This document shows positions 63,190 through 64,000 of a stretch of 64,000 nt of DNA, one piece after another (positions within the stretch are counted from its first letter, which is position 1; every line of letters begins with the position of its first letter). Below the pieces are notes generated by a model. The model searched no databases and was not told the origin of the DNA. It was given only the letters and a program-made list of their open reading frames with translations. A program made the translations under genes and the position numbers. The DNA comes from Yuukianura sp. NJ FZ-2021. Lineage: Eukaryota. The stretch is from NCBI GenBank assembly GCA_046563655.1, contig CM102284.1, forward strand, positions 2,604,001 to 2,668,000. Reading direction: 5' to 3'.

Positions 63190-64000
63190 CTAACTATTCA
63201 ATTGGCCAACGTAAAATTCCGCCTCGCGTTCAGTTGGAAACGGAAGAGAAAGACCATCGGGGTATTGCCCACAAAAATAGCTGTCATGAGCAAGAGTTAA
63301 ACCGGCGAACCGTAAATAAATTACTACAAGCAGAATCTGCTGATCTAATTGCTTCTCATCGACAGGATGTCCCATTGCCATCTACTCCAATATTTAAAAA
63401 AAACTTTTTTGTCAGACTGAAAATGAACATGAACTACGAGTATTCTTTTGTAGTGCAAAAACATTACTTGGATAATTTTTGTTTGAAGTTCTTTACTGCC
63501 GTTTTTTCCGATCAAAGAGTTTTTAGCTCCCCACATGCCGCCCATGAGCGCATGCCGGCCTCCATGCTGTGGATGGTCCCTCATTGTGTGAATTTTAAAA
63601 TTTGAATTCTCCCACGCTTCCACAGCTAGCCGTTCTCGTTTCGAAATTGTACTATCCAAGTCTCGGCTAATAAATTTATCAACCAGTGGATCTCCCAGTG
63701 GTAGAAATCGCCAGCACATTCCAGCCATTTTCGTCAAGTCTCCTGCAATTTTTTTTAAATTCAATATTAGTCGATTCTTTACTTTTTGCTCAAAAGGAGC
63801 ACTGTATTTCCATACCCAAGCCTGGTAACTTTTCTACATTGCACCAAAATACAAAACTGTACTTTTCAAATGCAGTTTTAGGAATCAATTCTTCTGGAAT
63901 ATTTGTGTACACCCTTGCAACCCAGTCAGGATACAGCTCTGGCATTTTTTCTAAATTTTTTTCAAGGCCGTCTAGAAAGCGACTTGGTTCGTAATTCCCG
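63190..64000 (-). CDS. Uncharacterised conserved protein, possibly glycosyltransferase-like (5' end outside the window)
   Basis: Exons >64000-63816, 63742-63468, 63381-63190. Motifs: YPDWVARVY, MCWRFLPLGDPLVDKFISRDLDS, RERLAVEAW, HTMRDHPQH, LMGGMWG, DQQIL, HDSYFC, PFPTER, YVG. Confidence 0.8.

Overview
AT-rich eukaryotic genomic DNA with compact genes and short GT-AG introns. The gene content suggests an arthropod, probably a springtail-like hexapod (inference). From left to right: a 131-bp satellite array (~42 copies, running off the left edge) lies in what appears to be an intron of a secreted MAM-domain gene. It is followed by a SMYD4-like methyltransferase, a STAT5-like gene with a 119-bp intronic inverted repeat, and three CRAL-TRIO/SEC14-like genes that all have signal peptides (one with a 214-bp tandem array in an intron). 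The middle holds a GR-like chemoreceptor, an intronless bacterial-type polysaccharide-lyase-like gene, a peptide GPCR, a divergent ionotropic receptor and two tandem ZAD/C2H2 zinc-finger genes (one frameshifted). The right part holds three paralogous GR-like genes interleaved with a small orphan secreted peptide gene and thymidine phosphorylase, then a prokaryote/phage-type NDP-glucose 4,6-dehydratase, a fungal-type TPR-SET gene with a MITE in its intron, a polyamine oxidase, an SDR and a truncated uncharacterised DxD-type protein. The most notable signals are (i) a cluster of perfect STAT sites plus an overlapping STAT/NF-kB 16-mer upstream of the orphan peptide gene, with the same 16-mer upstream of the MAM gene, (ii) several horizontal-transfer candidates, and (iii) apparently secreted SEC14-like carriers next to chemoreceptor genes. 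Exon boundaries were read by eye and family assignments rest on recalled motifs; no searches were run.
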